DNA of 64,000 nt from Spirochaetia bacterium (lineage in GTDB: Bacteria > Spirochaetota > Spirochaetia > SZUA-6 > Bin103): contig CBDAOI010000003.1 of the NCBI GenBank assembly GCA_965198005.1, forward strand, positions 128,001 through 192,000, in the 5' to 3' direction. The notes under the pieces were generated by a model. That model had not been told where the DNA came from. It ran no database searches and saw only the letters and a list, made by a program, of their open reading frames with translations. Positions 1 through 10,994 of this stretch are shown here, piece by piece. Made by a program: the position numbers and the translations under genes. Each line of letters opens with the position of its first letter. The first letter of the stretch is position 1.

Positions 1-129
1 GACGAATTCTGGGATGCGGACCGCAGTTCGTTGACCCTGAACCGCGACGACGAGATCATCTCCGACAGCCTGCTGACCCACGGCGGCGAGCTGGTCAACG
101 AGATGGTCAAGAGCATAACCAGCGGCTGA
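1..129 (+). CDS. pntAA: NAD(P) transhydrogenase alpha subunit part 1, C-terminal end (partial)
   Basis: Frame 1 reads DEFWD...LNRDDEIISDSLLTHGGELV...*, typical PntA1 C-terminus, directly upstream of pntAB/pntB. Confidence 0.8.
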   Translation, partial: DEFWDADRSSLTLNRDDEIISDSLLTHGGELVNEMVKSITSG

Positions 130-169
130 ACGTGCCGTAGCCGTAAGCAGCCAAGATCCGAGGAATCCG

Positions 170-493
170 ATGGAAGCGCTACAACAGTTCGAGTTCCTGT
201 TCTTCATCTTCATCCTGGCCATGTTTCTCGGCCTGGAGCTGATCCCCAAGGTGCCGTCGCAGTTGCACACGCCGCTGATGTCCGGCTCCAACGCCATCTC
301 CGGCATCTCGCTGGTGGGCGCGCTGATCACGCTGGACATCAACAACGCGGGCAGCACCCTCACCACCATTCTGGGGGCGTGCGCCGTGGGATTCGCCACC
401 ATCAACGTGGTGGGCGGCTACCTGGTGACCGACCGCATGCTGGAGATGTTCAAGACCCGGCCGGCGCCTGACAAGAAGGAGAGCGGCGCGTGA
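170..493 (+). CDS. pntAB: NAD(P) transhydrogenase alpha subunit part 2
   Basis: LHTPLMSGSNAISGI and NVVGGYLVTDRMLEMF motifs. Confidence 0.95.
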   Translation: MEALQQFEFLFFIFILAMFLGLELIPKVPSQLHTPLMSGSNAISGISLVGALITLDINNAGSTLTTILGACAVGFATINVVGGYLVTDRMLEMFKTRPAPDKKESGA

Positions 494-1932
494 GCTTCAT
501 CACCCCGGTCCTCTACATCGTCTCCGCGATCCTGTTCGTGTTCGGCATCAAGCAGCTCTCCAAGGCGACCACCGCGCGCCGCGGCAACGCCACCAGCGCG
601 CTCGGCATGCTGATTGCCGTGATCGCCACCCTGGTGGGGCGGGGCTTCCAGTTCCAGTGGATCATCCTCGGCGCCCTGGCGGGAGCGATCGTTGGCGTGC
701 TGGCCTCGCGGCTGGTCAAGATGACGGCCATGCCGGAGATGGTGGCGCTGTTCAACGGCTTCGGCGGTCTGGCCAGTCTGCTGGTCGGCTGGGGCACCTA
801 TCAGGTGGTGGCCGACGCGCTGGGCGTGGGCTGGGGGGCTCCGGCGCTGGATGCCGCCAAATCCGCCGAGTTCATGCTGCGAATCGGCGGCAGCTTTTCC
901 TCCGCCACCATCTACCTGGCGATCCTGATCGGCGGCGTGACCTTCACCGGCAGCGTGATCGCGTGGGGCAAGCTCAGCGGCGCGGTCACCCAGAAGCCGT
1001 TGCTGTTCCCCGGCCAGAACGTGGTCAACTCCCTGATCCTGCTGGCGATCCTGGTGGGCGCGGTGTGGTTCACCGTCAACCCCGACCAGTACTGGATCGC
1101 GGTGGTGGCCACCGCGGTGGCGCTGGTGCTCGGCATCATGTTGGTGATCCCCATCGGCGGCGCCGACATGCCGGTGGTGATCTCGCTGCTCAACAGCTAC
1201 TCGGGATTGGCCGCGTGCGCCGCCGGCTTCGTGATCCGCAACAACCTGCTGATCATCACCGGCGCGCTGGTGGGGGCGAGCGGCATCATCCTCACCAGCA
1301 TCATGTGCAAGGCGATGAACCGGTCGCTGGGCAACGTCCTGTTCAGCGGCTTCGGGGCGGCCGGCGGGTCGACCAGCGGCAGCGCGGTCCAGGGCGAGGC
1401 CAAGCCGATGCAGGCCAGCGACGCCTACTACATCCTGGAGGCCGCCAGCTCGGTGGTGGTGATTCCCGGCTACGGCATGGCGGTGGCGCAGGCCCAGCAC
1501 GCGGTGCGCGAGCTGGCCGAGATCCTGGAGCACAACGGCACCGAGGTGAGGTACGCTATCCACCCGGTGGCCGGGCGCATGCCGGGGCACATGAACGTGC
1601 TGCTGGCCGAGGCCAACGTCAGCTACGACCAATTGGTGGAGATGGACTCGATCAACCCGACCATGGACAAGGTGGACGTGGCGATCGTGATCGGCGCCAA
1701 CGACGTGGTGAACCCGGCCGCGCGCGAGGACCAGGGCAGCCCGATCTACGGCATGCCGATCATCGACGCCGACAAGGCGCGCACCTGCTTCATCCTCAAG
1801 CGCTCGATGGCCAGCGGCTTCGCCGGCATCGACAACCCGCTGTTCTTCCGCGCCAACTCCTACATGATCTTCGGCGACGCCAAGTCCACCGTCGAAGGCC
1901 TGGTCACCGAGTTCAAGGACGCCGTGGCGTAG
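490..1932 (+). CDS. pntB: NAD(P) transhydrogenase beta subunit
   Basis: PIGGADMPVVISLLNSYSG, PGYGMAVAQAQH, HPVAGRMPGHMNVLLAEA motifs. Confidence 0.97.
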   Translation: MSFITPVLYIVSAILFVFGIKQLSKATTARRGNATSALGMLIAVIATLVGRGFQFQWIILGALAGAIVGVLASRLVKMTAMPEMVALFNGFGGLASLLVGWGTYQVVADALGVGWGAPALDAAKSAEFMLRIGGSFSSATIYLAILIGGVTFTGSVIAWGKLSGAVTQKPLLFPGQNVVNSLILLAILVGAVWFTVNPDQYWIAVVATAVALVLGIMLVIPIGGADMPVVISLLNSYSGLAACAAGFVIRNNLLIITGALVGASGIILTSIMCKAMNRSLGNVLFSGFGAAGGSTSGSAVQGEAKPMQASDAYYILEAASSVVVIPGYGMAVAQAQHAVRELAEILEHNGTEVRYAIHPVAGRMPGHMNVLLAEANVSYDQLVEMDSINPTMDKVDVAIVIGANDVVNPAAREDQGSPIYGMPIIDADKARTCFILKRSMASGFAGIDNPLFFRANSYMIFGDAKSTVEGLVTEFKDAVA

Positions 1933-2389
1933 CGCTCAGCGCTCCCAACCGGGGCTCCGACCGCCCTCGATGGCATAGACGCCAAGTCCACCGGGGTTTG
2001 ACGGTCACAACGCGTGCGCTACAATGGCTATGCCATTGCGTTCAAGGCGGACAAGTTTCCACCATCAAGGAGCATTTTCAAACTACAACGGATATCGAGC
2101 GCCAGTTGCGTGGTGCCAAGTGTCTGGTAGCCTATTGCCGCGCGATCGGGAGCCACGCAGACCCGTCCACGATAATCCGGCGAACATGCTGAAACTATCT
2201 GCGCCCAACGGGATACTCCAATTCGGAAAGCTGCTGTGACGATTGAACTGCATCGAGCGGAGCCGTATAACGGCTGGTCGCAGGAGTGCGCCGCGCCCTC
2301 GAAAAAACCATCAGGCAGGTACGCAGCCGCTTGGCAGCGGCTCACAATCGCCTCGCCGTGGCACTGAAGGAACACAACCGGGACACCGC

Positions 2390-2515
2390 CACTGAAGCTG
2401 AACTACCGAGGGCGTCATCTTGAGGAGAGACTGACTCGACTGCGGGGACCGGTGCCGGTGATCCTCGTGACCGGGGCCAGGCAGGCCGGCAAGAGCACGC
2501 TGCTGACTCATTTGG
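2390..2515 (+). pseudogene. N-terminal fragment of AAA_14/DUF4143-type ATPase
   Basis: YRGRHLEERL...PVILVTGARQAGKSTLL Walker A, then homology stops. Confidence 0.6.
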
Positions 2516-2858
2516 GTGTAGGTCTCGTATTGAGATTGCAGCGCAGGGGTGACAAAGTGTCACGCAGGGCGGTGCGAGCGCGTGCGACCGCTGACCTCCT
2601 CGGGCGCGTCCGAGCGGGCGCGGGGCGCTCTCCAAAAAAAATCGAAAAATCGCTGTTGAGCGGCGTTTGGAGCTTGACACGGTTTTCACAGCCCGCCTCG
2701 GCCCCGCGCCAACCCACGCCACCATCTCCCGCACAAGCGGCGTAGCCTGCGCTGGAGCGGCCGCCAACGCCAATCCGGCCACGAAACTCCAAAATCGCCG
2801 AACCAAGCCCGCCACCGCCGCCTACGGCCCCGTCCAAAACCGGGTGTACCATACAGCC

Positions 2859-4172
2859 ATGGAAACCGCCATGGAACAATCAGCATCCCGCACGGCGCCG
2901 CCACCGGCCCCCTCGACCTGGATCAGCTCGGCGACCGCCGCGCGCGAGAAGCTGCGCGTCGCCGCCGCCCTGGCCGACCTCAACCACGTGAGCGCCGCCA
3001 TGGCCGGCGGCGTGCTGTCCTATTCGAAGGTACGGGCGCTTTCTCGGGTGGCGACCCCGCGCACCGAGGCGCGGCTGCTGGCGGTGGCGTGCGGCGCGAC
3101 CGCCGAGCAGGTGGAGCGGCTGGTGCGCGGCTGGCGGCGGGTGGACCGGGAGCAAGCGGCGGCCGGCGACGATGGCGCGCAGGTGCGCTTGGCGCGGCGC
3201 GGGTTGAGCCTGCGGGTGGACGAAGACGGGACGGTGGTGCTGCGCGGGCGGTTGCTGCCGGAGGTGGGGGCGGTGGTGCTGCGGGCGCTGGAGGCGGCGC
3301 TGGAGCAGGTGCCGGCGGCGGCGGCGGACGGCACGGAGCGCACTGCCTCGCAACGGCGCGCGGATGCGCTGGGGGTGGTGGCGGAGAGCGCGCTGGCGGG
3401 CAAGCTGGACCCGGGCGCGGCCGGTGACCGCTACCAGGTGACGGTGCACGTGGACGCGGCGGCGTTGGCCGCCCCCGAGACTGCCCGTGAGACTGCCCCC
3501 GAGACTGCTCGCGACATTGCCTCCGACGCGCCGGAGATTTCCGCGGAAACGTGCGCCGGTGCTCCGGCCGCGGCAGCGAGCGCCCCAGGCGGCCGAACCC
3601 GCGGGCCAGCCGGCCGACCATCCCGCGCCAATGCCACTGCGGCGGCAGCCGGCTGCGCGGCCGCTGACGCCGGCGCAGTTTCAGCGGAAACGCGGGGCAC
3701 CGGCCGGACTGCGCCACCGGCGATGCCGGCAGCACCGTGCGCCGCCGGTGAGACTGCCGCCCAGCCGGTCGCACCGCCGGTCACCGCTCCCGTCGCGGAC
3801 GCCCCTGAGCACCCCGACGCTCGTCACCCCGCCGCCGACGCGCAGGTCCCCGCACCGGTGGCACCGGCGCCGGCGGCCGACTCCACCCGCGCCGCCGACG
3901 CGGCGGTCATCGAACAGGCGAATGGCATTCACCTCGCTGCGACCGCAGCCCGCCGCATCGCCTGCGACGCCGGCCGCGTGCTGGTGACACACGCTCCCGA
4001 CGGCGCAGTCCTGGAGGTCGGGCGCAGAACGCGCACGGTGCCGACCCCGTTGCGCCGCGCGCTGGAGGTCAGAGACCACCATCAGTGTCAGTTCCCCGGC
4101 TGTCAGCTCCGCCACTGCGACGCGCATCACGTCGTGCACTGGGCAGACGGCGGGGCGACGCGACTTTCTAAC
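2859..4172 (+). pseudogene. DUF222/HNH endonuclease (13E12-like), internally deleted and 3'-truncated
   Basis: AREKLRVA, LSYSKVRAL, QRRADAL, RRIACDA, RDHHQCQFPGC...CDAHHVVHWADGG; HNH cut at LSN by an IS end; frame break near 2940. Confidence 0.8.
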
Positions 4173-4911
4173 TTCAGACTTCCTGACCTCAGCCGGAATC
4201 AGGTGACACTTTCTGGCGGCGGATCACCGGCCACCTCGTAGACGAGCCTGAGTTCGGTGCCGGGATAGATCGTGCGGGTGGCGTTGAGTTCCTTGATCAG
4301 AGGAGCGAGCATTCGGTCACAGGCGTCGCTGCCGAGGCCCAGAAGCTGGATCCGCAGAATTCCCTTGGCCGGCTCGGGAATGATGTTGGCGGCGGAGGTC
4401 AGCAACGCGCGCAGCAGCCTGCGGGCATTCGGTTTCTTGCCCTGGGCGCTGATCACGGGCGCCATCATCCGGGTCTCCGCGCGATAAGCGATCATCCGCA
4501 CCACGTCCATGAACAGCCGCCCGCCAACGGGAAGGGCGTCCAGCCGGTCCTGCTCCGACAGGTCGCCGGCGCGGACATGGGTAGGGGTGTCGGCCCGCTC
4601 CTGCCTGAGTGCCTCGAGTCGTTCGTCCAGCGCCTGGGCGTCAGCCTCAAGGCGAGTGGTGGTGTCCCGGTTGGGTTCCTTCAGTGCCACGGCGAGGCGA
4701 TTGCGGGCCGCTGACAAGCGGCTGCGTACCCGCCTGATGGTCTTTTCGAGGGCGCGGCGCACGGGGTTCACGACCTGTGCGTCGGGGTCAATCGGATCAA
4801 GGTCATGGGTGGGCAGGGAGTCGAGGTTGAACTGCTCGCGCAGGTACTTGAAGAAGTTCTCCTGCGACCAGCGCGAGAACATGGAGCCGGCGACCTGCTC
4901 CAAGGGCATCT
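4173..4911 (-). mobile_element. 3' half and end of an IS with a DDE-type putative transposase, truncated by the four-gene element
   Basis: MFSRWSQENFFKYLR and RMIAYRAET...LNATRTIYPGTELRLVYE; element end ttcagacttcctgacc abuts the HNH gene. Confidence 0.7.
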
Positions 4912-5063
4912 TGTTGCCCGCCAGGTGAGATTTCCGGGATGTGGACAAATCCGCCAGTGGGGGTAGGATAGGTTCGTCCGGGAAGCGTTCCGGAGATCAC
5001 GAAAAAAGATAGGGGCCACCGCCAGTACTTACTCCGGGTACAACGGTGACCCCCACCTAAAAG

Positions 5064-5735
5064 CTGGATCATCCTGAACTAGACGGCTTCGACTTTCAAG
5101 CCTACCGCCAATCCCTGATCAGAGAAGGCGGCAAGCGTCCCTGCGTGCTGTGCGGGGAGAGCCATGCGGTGGTGATTCATTGCTACTGCAAACGCCTGGT
5201 GCGGTGCACCGACGGCAGTAATCACCAACACCTGATCGTGGTGATCATCTGTGAGCGGGCGCGGGAAGCGGGCGCCCAGTACACCAAACGCATGCTGCCG
5301 TGGTTTGTGATTCCCGAGTGCAACATCAGGCTCGACCTGGTGCTCGAGCTGCGGAAGAAGCACCCCACGGCCGGCAGCGCGCGTGACCACGGCTACGCGG
5401 TGATCGGCAGTCCCTGTGAGCGCACCATCGCTCGTCATCTGCTGTGGGTGGACGACAACATCGCAGCGATGCTGCTGGAGGTGAACGAGTGGGTGGCCGA
5501 GCTGGCGCCGTTCACCGCCTTGCCACCGGTGCGCGTGGGCGAAGGTGCGCTGGCGCAGTTGCGGCGCTCAGTGGCCGCGCTGGAGGATGCCAGACAGGCC
5601 GCGCTCGGTATCACCGTAGCGTTCACCGTTATCGGCTGCGTTCACCTCGCCTACGTCGCGGAGCGCGCCCGGAGCCCCCCGCCGATTCCATTGAGTCTAG
5701 TATTTCGAGGCGGCTGTTGGTTCGATACCACTTAA
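5064..5735 (+). CDS. Cys-rich Zn-finger protein, DUF6431-like (transposon orf1); start uncertain
   Basis: CVLCGESH...HCYCKRLVR...IICE...YTKRMLPWFVIP; frame open upstream of 5145 to a stop at 5058. Confidence 0.65.
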   Translation: MDHPELDGFDFQAYRQSLIREGGKRPCVLCGESHAVVIHCYCKRLVRCTDGSNHQHLIVVIICERAREAGAQYTKRMLPWFVIPECNIRLDLVLELRKKHPTAGSARDHGYAVIGSPCERTIARHLLWVDDNIAAMLLEVNEWVAELAPFTALPPVRVGEGALAQLRRSVAALEDARQAALGITVAFTVIGCVHLAYVAERARSPPPIPLSLVFRGGCWFDTT

Positions 5736-5760
5736 GCATCCACCCTCAGGAGGCATCAAA

Positions 5761-6354
5761 GTGGATCAACTACTGGTTTCCCCCGACCGTTTGGCGCAGC
5801 TGGAAGAGCTGCTGCTGCTCTTTCATCGGATCTTGACCGAACCGACGCCACCGCCACGCCGCCGCGACTGGTTGCTGGAGCATTGCCGGCGCAGGAGCGC
5901 CGATGAGCGCGATCTGTGGCGTGCCCTGGCTGGCTACCGCAGCAGCGATGCGACGGCGTTGCTGCACGCCGACCACACTCGGGGGTCGATCTTCAGCCGC
6001 CAGGCGGCGCTGGTGCGGGAGAACATTCTGAGCCAGCTCATCGATGCTCCCCAGTGCGTGCTGGGCGGGTTCGATGAACTCTCCCAGCTGCTGCAGCTGA
6101 TCGGCGACCGGTTGCAGTTTCTCTGTGACTGGGTGCTGGAGTTGTTCCTCACTCCCGAGCCGTGGCAGCCGATCGATTCACACCACCTGGAGGTAGCCGG
6201 CGAGGTGCTGCTGCAGAAGCTCGCCGAGGAGGTCGAGCGCCTGCGTGAGCTGTACGCTGAGCAGCCCCGCCTGTCCCTCGACGAGCTCACCAGCGAGTAC
6301 CGCGATTGGCTGTGCCGGCGGGCCGTCGTCGGCGAGCGCGAGGACCTCGAATGA
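5761..6354 (+). CDS. Unknown Leu/Glu-rich helical protein (transposon orf2)
   Basis: SD AGGAGG before GTG; stop overlaps transposase ATG (ATGA); intact in both copies. Confidence 0.75.
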   Translation: MDQLLVSPDRLAQLEELLLLFHRILTEPTPPPRRRDWLLEHCRRRSADERDLWRALAGYRSSDATALLHADHTRGSIFSRQAALVRENILSQLIDAPQCVLGGFDELSQLLQLIGDRLQFLCDWVLELFLTPEPWQPIDSHHLEVAGEVLLQKLAEEVERLRELYAEQPRLSLDELTSEYRDWLCRRAVVGEREDLE

Positions 6355-7754
6355 GCGGCCCCGACTTCCCTTGGGAGCAGATCCCGGACGCGGCCATGGA
6401 GGCGTTTGACGAACGCCTGCGCTTGGTCGAGATGCTGCTCGACCCGCACATCGGGAACGCCGACAAACGCGCGGAACGCCGGCGCTACTGCGAGCAGCAT
6501 CGGGTTGGGGAGCGCACCATCAGAGGCTACCTCCACCGCTATCGCAAGAAGGGCCCCCGGGGGCTGCTGTTCTACCGGCCGCGGCCCACCTCGCCTCGCG
6601 TCCACGATCCTGGGCTGCGCGCCAAGCTCCTCGATCTGGTCAACGAGCTGCCCACCAGGAGCGTCCCCCAACTGCGCAAGCTGCTCGCCACCGACGATCA
6701 GTTGGGCAGCAAGATCAAACGCATCTCAGATCGCACCATCTACCGCTTCCTGGCCGAGCAGGGTCTCACCCAACAGGTCCGCTACCGCATGCTCGCTGAA
6801 GACTCGCGCAGCTCCTACCGCTCGTTCGAGGCACCGCACTCCCTGGCCCTCCTGCAGGCCGACGCCCGCGACGGCATCTGGCTCGACACCCCCCAAGGCC
6901 GCAAGAAAACCTACCTGTTCCTCTGGATCGACGACTTCTCCCGCAAAATCCTGTTCGGCAAGTACTATTTCGACGAGAAGCTGCCCGCCCTGATGGACAG
7001 CTTCCGCTATTGCGTCCTGCGTTACGGCGTGCCGGTTCGGTGCTACGTCGACAACGGAAAAGTTTACATCTCGCGCCACATGCTGGCCATCCTGGTCGAG
7101 TTACAGGTCAAACGAGTGCGCCACCCGCCCTATCAAAGCTATTGCAAGGGGAAAGTCGAGGCGCTCAACAAGATCATCAAGAACCAGTTCCAACGTGAGG
7201 CCCAAGTCGCCGGGATGCGTACTCTCGATGAACTGAACTCCGCCTTCTGGGCCTGGATGGATCTGGAATACAACGTCCGCGTCCACTCAGCCACCGGCCA
7301 GAGTCCCGATGCACGTTTCCGCGACGGGCTGCCCGCCGACCACCGCCGGATCACCGATCTGGAGACCTTCAACGCCCTGTTCCTGTGGCGCGAACGGCGC
7401 ACCGTCACCAAGTACGGCAGGATCAAGCTGCACGGCAACCAATACCCTGTCACCAGCGTCCCCCATGGCAGCGTCGTCGAGGTCCGCTTCGATCCCTACG
7501 ACCTCGCCCAGCTTGCCATCTACGACCCCGGCGGCGGCCTGCTGGAGACCACCAGCACTTCCAAACAGGTCACCACACAGGTGCCGGCGGTCCCCGAGGA
7601 GTCCCGCGCCAAGCCGCCTGAGGTGTCGGCCGCCGCCCGGGACTACTTCACCCGCCTGCGCGAGCAGCACCACGCCCGGCTTCGCGACCGTAACCAGACT
7701 TCGTTCAGCCAGTTCCGCACTACCCCCAAGGAGCACCACGATGCAGATGCATGA
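6351..7754 (+). CDS. DDE integrase/transposase (Mu/TnsB/IS21-like) with HTH N-terminus
   Basis: LQADARDG (D), YVDNGKVY (D), KGKVEALNK (E), YNVRVHSATGQSP, C-terminal VEVRFDPYDL. Confidence 0.92.
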   Translation: MSGPDFPWEQIPDAAMEAFDERLRLVEMLLDPHIGNADKRAERRRYCEQHRVGERTIRGYLHRYRKKGPRGLLFYRPRPTSPRVHDPGLRAKLLDLVNELPTRSVPQLRKLLATDDQLGSKIKRISDRTIYRFLAEQGLTQQVRYRMLAEDSRSSYRSFEAPHSLALLQADARDGIWLDTPQGRKKTYLFLWIDDFSRKILFGKYYFDEKLPALMDSFRYCVLRYGVPVRCYVDNGKVYISRHMLAILVELQVKRVRHPPYQSYCKGKVEALNKIIKNQFQREAQVAGMRTLDELNSAFWAWMDLEYNVRVHSATGQSPDARFRDGLPADHRRITDLETFNALFLWRERRTVTKYGRIKLHGNQYPVTSVPHGSVVEVRFDPYDLAQLAIYDPGGGLLETTSTSKQVTTQVPAVPEESRAKPPEVSAAARDYFTRLREQHHARLRDRNQTSFSQFRTTPKEHHDADA

Positions 7755-8506
7755 TCACGTTCGGCAAGCACCTCCAGCCCGCCGACACGTTCCTCTCCGC
7801 CGCCCATCAGGAGGCGCTCTCCCGCCTCTCCTTCGGCGTCGCCGACGAGGATCTCCTGCTCCTCACCGGCCCCATCGGTTGCGGCAAGTCGGTCGCCCTC
7901 GCCGCCTTCGTCAGCGAACTCGACGGCAACCGCTACCGCCCCCTCTACGTCCGCGGCGCCGGCCTCTCGGAAGCCCAGCTCTACAAGGCGATCCTCGATG
8001 AGTTGAAGATCGATCCGCCGTTCTTCGCCGGCCAGGCCAAGCAGCTGTTCTTCAAGACCATCCCCGAGCTGACCAAGAAACCACTAGTCATCCTCGACGA
8101 TGCTCAGGACCTTGCGGCCACCGCCCTGACGGCCATCAAGAACATGGTCAACTTCGCCTTCGACACCAAAAACTCCATCACCTTCGTCCTCGCCGGCCAA
8201 CCCGAGCTGCGCGAGTTGCTCAGATATGCTTCCTTCGCTTCCTTGCGCCAGCGCATCCGTATCTCCTATCACATGCCGGCCATGGCTCTGGAGGAGACCT
8301 GTCGCTACATCGACCACCACACCGTCCGCTGTGGCCGCCCTGCCTCGATCTTCGCCGATGATGCCAAAGCTGACATTCACCGCCACGCCGGTGGTGTGCC
8401 GCGCTTGGTCAACGCCGTCTGCTATCGCTCCATCCTGCACGCCGTCGCCAACGACATCAGCATCATCGACTCCACCAACATCGTTGCCGATGAACTCCAC
8501 GACTAA
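7751..8506 (+). CDS. ExeA/TnsC-like AAA ATPase, N-terminus damaged by a 32-bp deletion relative to copy 2
   Basis: Walker A GPIGCGKS, Walker B LVILDDAQ, LAGQPEL, GGVPRLVN. Confidence 0.88.
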   Translation: MITFGKHLQPADTFLSAAHQEALSRLSFGVADEDLLLLTGPIGCGKSVALAAFVSELDGNRYRPLYVRGAGLSEAQLYKAILDELKIDPPFFAGQAKQLFFKTIPELTKKPLVILDDAQDLAATALTAIKNMVNFAFDTKNSITFVLAGQPELRELLRYASFASLRQRIRISYHMPAMALEETCRYIDHHTVRCGRPASIFADDAKADIHRHAGGVPRLVNAVCYRSILHAVANDISIIDSTNIVADELHD

Positions 8507-8619
8507 CCGCGACAGCCGGCACCGCTGGCGTTCGCCGCTGGCGGATACCAGCATCACAGGCTGGCACGCGCTGGCAACCCTGCTTGGCACGGTTTGGAAA
8601 CGGCGGCTGGCTGGAAACA

Positions 8620-9681
8620 CTTTGCGGTCGAGGAGCGAATCCTGGGCAGCCTGCCGGTGACCCTTCAGCTCGGCATGATCTCACTGGTGATCGCGCAGGT
8701 AATCGCGCTGCCGGTCGGCATCTACTCAGCGGTGCGCCAGGACACGGCCGCCGACTACGCGGGCCGCACCATCGCCGTTATCGGCCTGGCCACGCCCAAC
8801 TTCTGGCTGGGCATCATGGTCATGATCTTCCCCGCTATCTGGTGGGGCTGGTCGCCGCCGATGGAGTGGGTGCCCTCGCCAAGGACCCGGCGGAGAACAT
8901 CGCCATGTTCATTCATTCCCGAGACGCGCCACGGCGACGCAACCTGTTCGCCGACTTCTTCGTCAGACTGTGGAAGGAAAAGCCGCTCGGCGCCGCCAGC
9001 GGCGTCGTGGTTCTGCTGCTGATCCTGGTGGCGATCTTCGCCGACGCGCTGGCGCCCTATCCGTCCTTCGAGGTGCACCCCGTCGACCGGCTGAGCGGCG
9101 CGACGCTGCGCTACCTCCTGGGCACCGACCAGTTGGGGCGCGACCTGTTGAGCCGCCTCATCTTCGGGGCGCGGCTGTCGTTGTTCGTCGGGCTGACGGC
9201 AACCGCGCTGAACGTCGTGGTCGCGGTCCTGATCGGCGGCACCTCCGGATTCTTCGGCGGCAAGCTGGACCTGCTGGTGCAGCGCTTCGTCGACGCCTGG
9301 ATGGCGTTTCCCGGGCTGCTGATATTGCTGACCGTCATGTCCATCGCCGGCAAGGGACTGCCGCAGATCATTCTCGTGTTGGGCATATCGGGCGGTATCA
9401 GCGGCTCGCGCATAACCCGAAGCGCCGTGATCGCGGTCAAAGAGAGCGCCTACTTTCAGGCGGCAGATGCGATCGGCTGCTCAAAGTTGACCGTGCTCGT
9501 GCGCCACGTGCTGCCCAACATCGCGGCGCCCGTCATCGTCATCTTCAGCATCAACATCGGCGGCGTGATCATCTCCGAGGCCTCCCTGAGCTTCCTGGGA
9601 TTCGGCCTGCCGGTCCACATCCCGAGCTGGGGCGGCATGCTCAGCCGCGAGGGGCGGGTGTACATGGAGATGGCCCCCTAG
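8620..9681 (+). pseudogene. Fused fragments of peptide ABC permeases (DppB middle, then truncated DppC)
   Basis: GLATPNFWLG fragment joined near 8915 to LGTDQLGRD...HVLPNIAAP; ends prematurely. Confidence 0.85.
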
Positions 9682-9687
9682 GCTGGC

Positions 9688-10310
9688 TCACGTGGCCAGG
9701 TGCGCAGCCATGCGCTCGACGTGATGGAGAAACAGGTCCGCCGTCCACGAATCGAGGCCTCGCTGCTCACTCAGCGGAAGAAACCGTCGAACATCGTCCC
9801 TCGCCAGCTTCCAATCAACACTCTCGATCTTCGTTCGCAAGGCCTGGAGCAACCACTCGACCGAGACCGCAAGGCGTTTGCCTTGCCACGGGCCCTGTTG
9901 AAACAGTGCGTTACTGAGCAACGCCAAGTCGGGAACCGTCCGGCGTGCCACATACCAGAGGAAGTCGTACCAGTCACGCCCCTTGATGTAGCGGCGGCAC
10001 AGCAGGGCGTGCGTCTTGGTTGCAAACCCGGAGGATAGCGTTTGCGTCGTGATCGGCGCCGTCGTCGGGAACGAGAGATACGAGGTCTCGAAAGACGAAC
10101 CTTGCGGTGGGTTGACGTCGATCTCCAGCTTGATGCTGGATCTTCTTCGAGCTGACGCGTTCGAACGGGAGGTCCAGCGTCACGATGCTGCCGATGGAAT
10201 CCGTTTTGACGAACGCCTTGCGCACGGCGTCCACGGCCTGGTTCTTGTCCTGAATTTCGAACCGCAGCCCTTCCGCTTCGCAATCCGCAGCGATGCGCTT
10301 CAGGTGGGGC
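9688..10310 (-). pseudogene. AbiEii-like nucleotidyltransferase toxin remnant
   Basis: VRKAFVKTDS, WYVARRTVPDL, IESVDWKLARDDVRRFL; frameshifted, N-terminus lost. Confidence 0.65.
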
Positions 10311-10329
10311 TCCCCAGTACGTAGTGCTG

Positions 10330-10917
10330 CATCAGCTCCGCAAGCATGTCTGTCGCTGAGCTCGGGCAGCGCCGCAATTGACACGCCGCTCAGATCGTCC
10401 AACTCGATCCGTAGCGACTCAAGAACGTACCCAAGACCATCGTGCGGCCACGAAACCGACTTGTTGAGGTAGAGCATGTCAGCCAAGGCGCGCAACGGCG
10501 TGGCCACGAACGCCCACGAGTTGGACCCAAGCTTGACCGCCTCGACGCCGGCCCGCGGTTGTCGTGCAGGAACGCGCTGAAATGAGAACACTCCCAGGTC
10601 CGTCGTGAATGATCGACTCCTCCGCGCGGTGACGCTGCTGACCTGCTGATGGCAAGCGCGGACTCCAGACTGACATGTGACGGCGAATGCAGAAATGCGG
10701 CGACGACAAACGGGTGAAGCTCCGTCCTGCGGTACTCCGGACGCAACGCGTACTGCCCGGGTCTGAGGCGACTGATCTCGCCGTTCGCCACGGCCCGATG
10801 CACCAACAGCTTGCGAGCGCCGTCGGACCCGTGGGGAAAGAGGTTGCCCACCACCGTCTCGTTGAACAGCCCGCCCGGCGGCGCAAGCTTTATTACGGCT
10901 TCCGTCAGCGACTGCAT
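10330..10917 (-). pseudogene. AbiEi-like antitoxin, frameshifted
   Basis: SRLRPGQY...PSHVSLESAL and FVATPLRALADMLY in different frames. Confidence 0.7.
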
Positions 10918-10994
10918 CGTGCAGACAGGTTACGAAAAACGTAACCTGTCTGCAAGGCAGTCCTTTGGATCAAGCCCATCCCTCGACCAGGATC

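Larger units (their letters stand above)
4912..8619 (+). mobile_element. Four-gene DDE/AAA transposon, copy 1
   Basis: Begins TGTTGCCCGCCAG, ends CTGGCTGGAAACA; near-identical to 42391-46186; no target duplication at this copy. Confidence 0.9.

Noticed and set aside
2859-4172. HNH gene as IscB/OMEGA nuclease
   Set aside because: No PLMP or RuvC motifs; it has DUF222-type architecture
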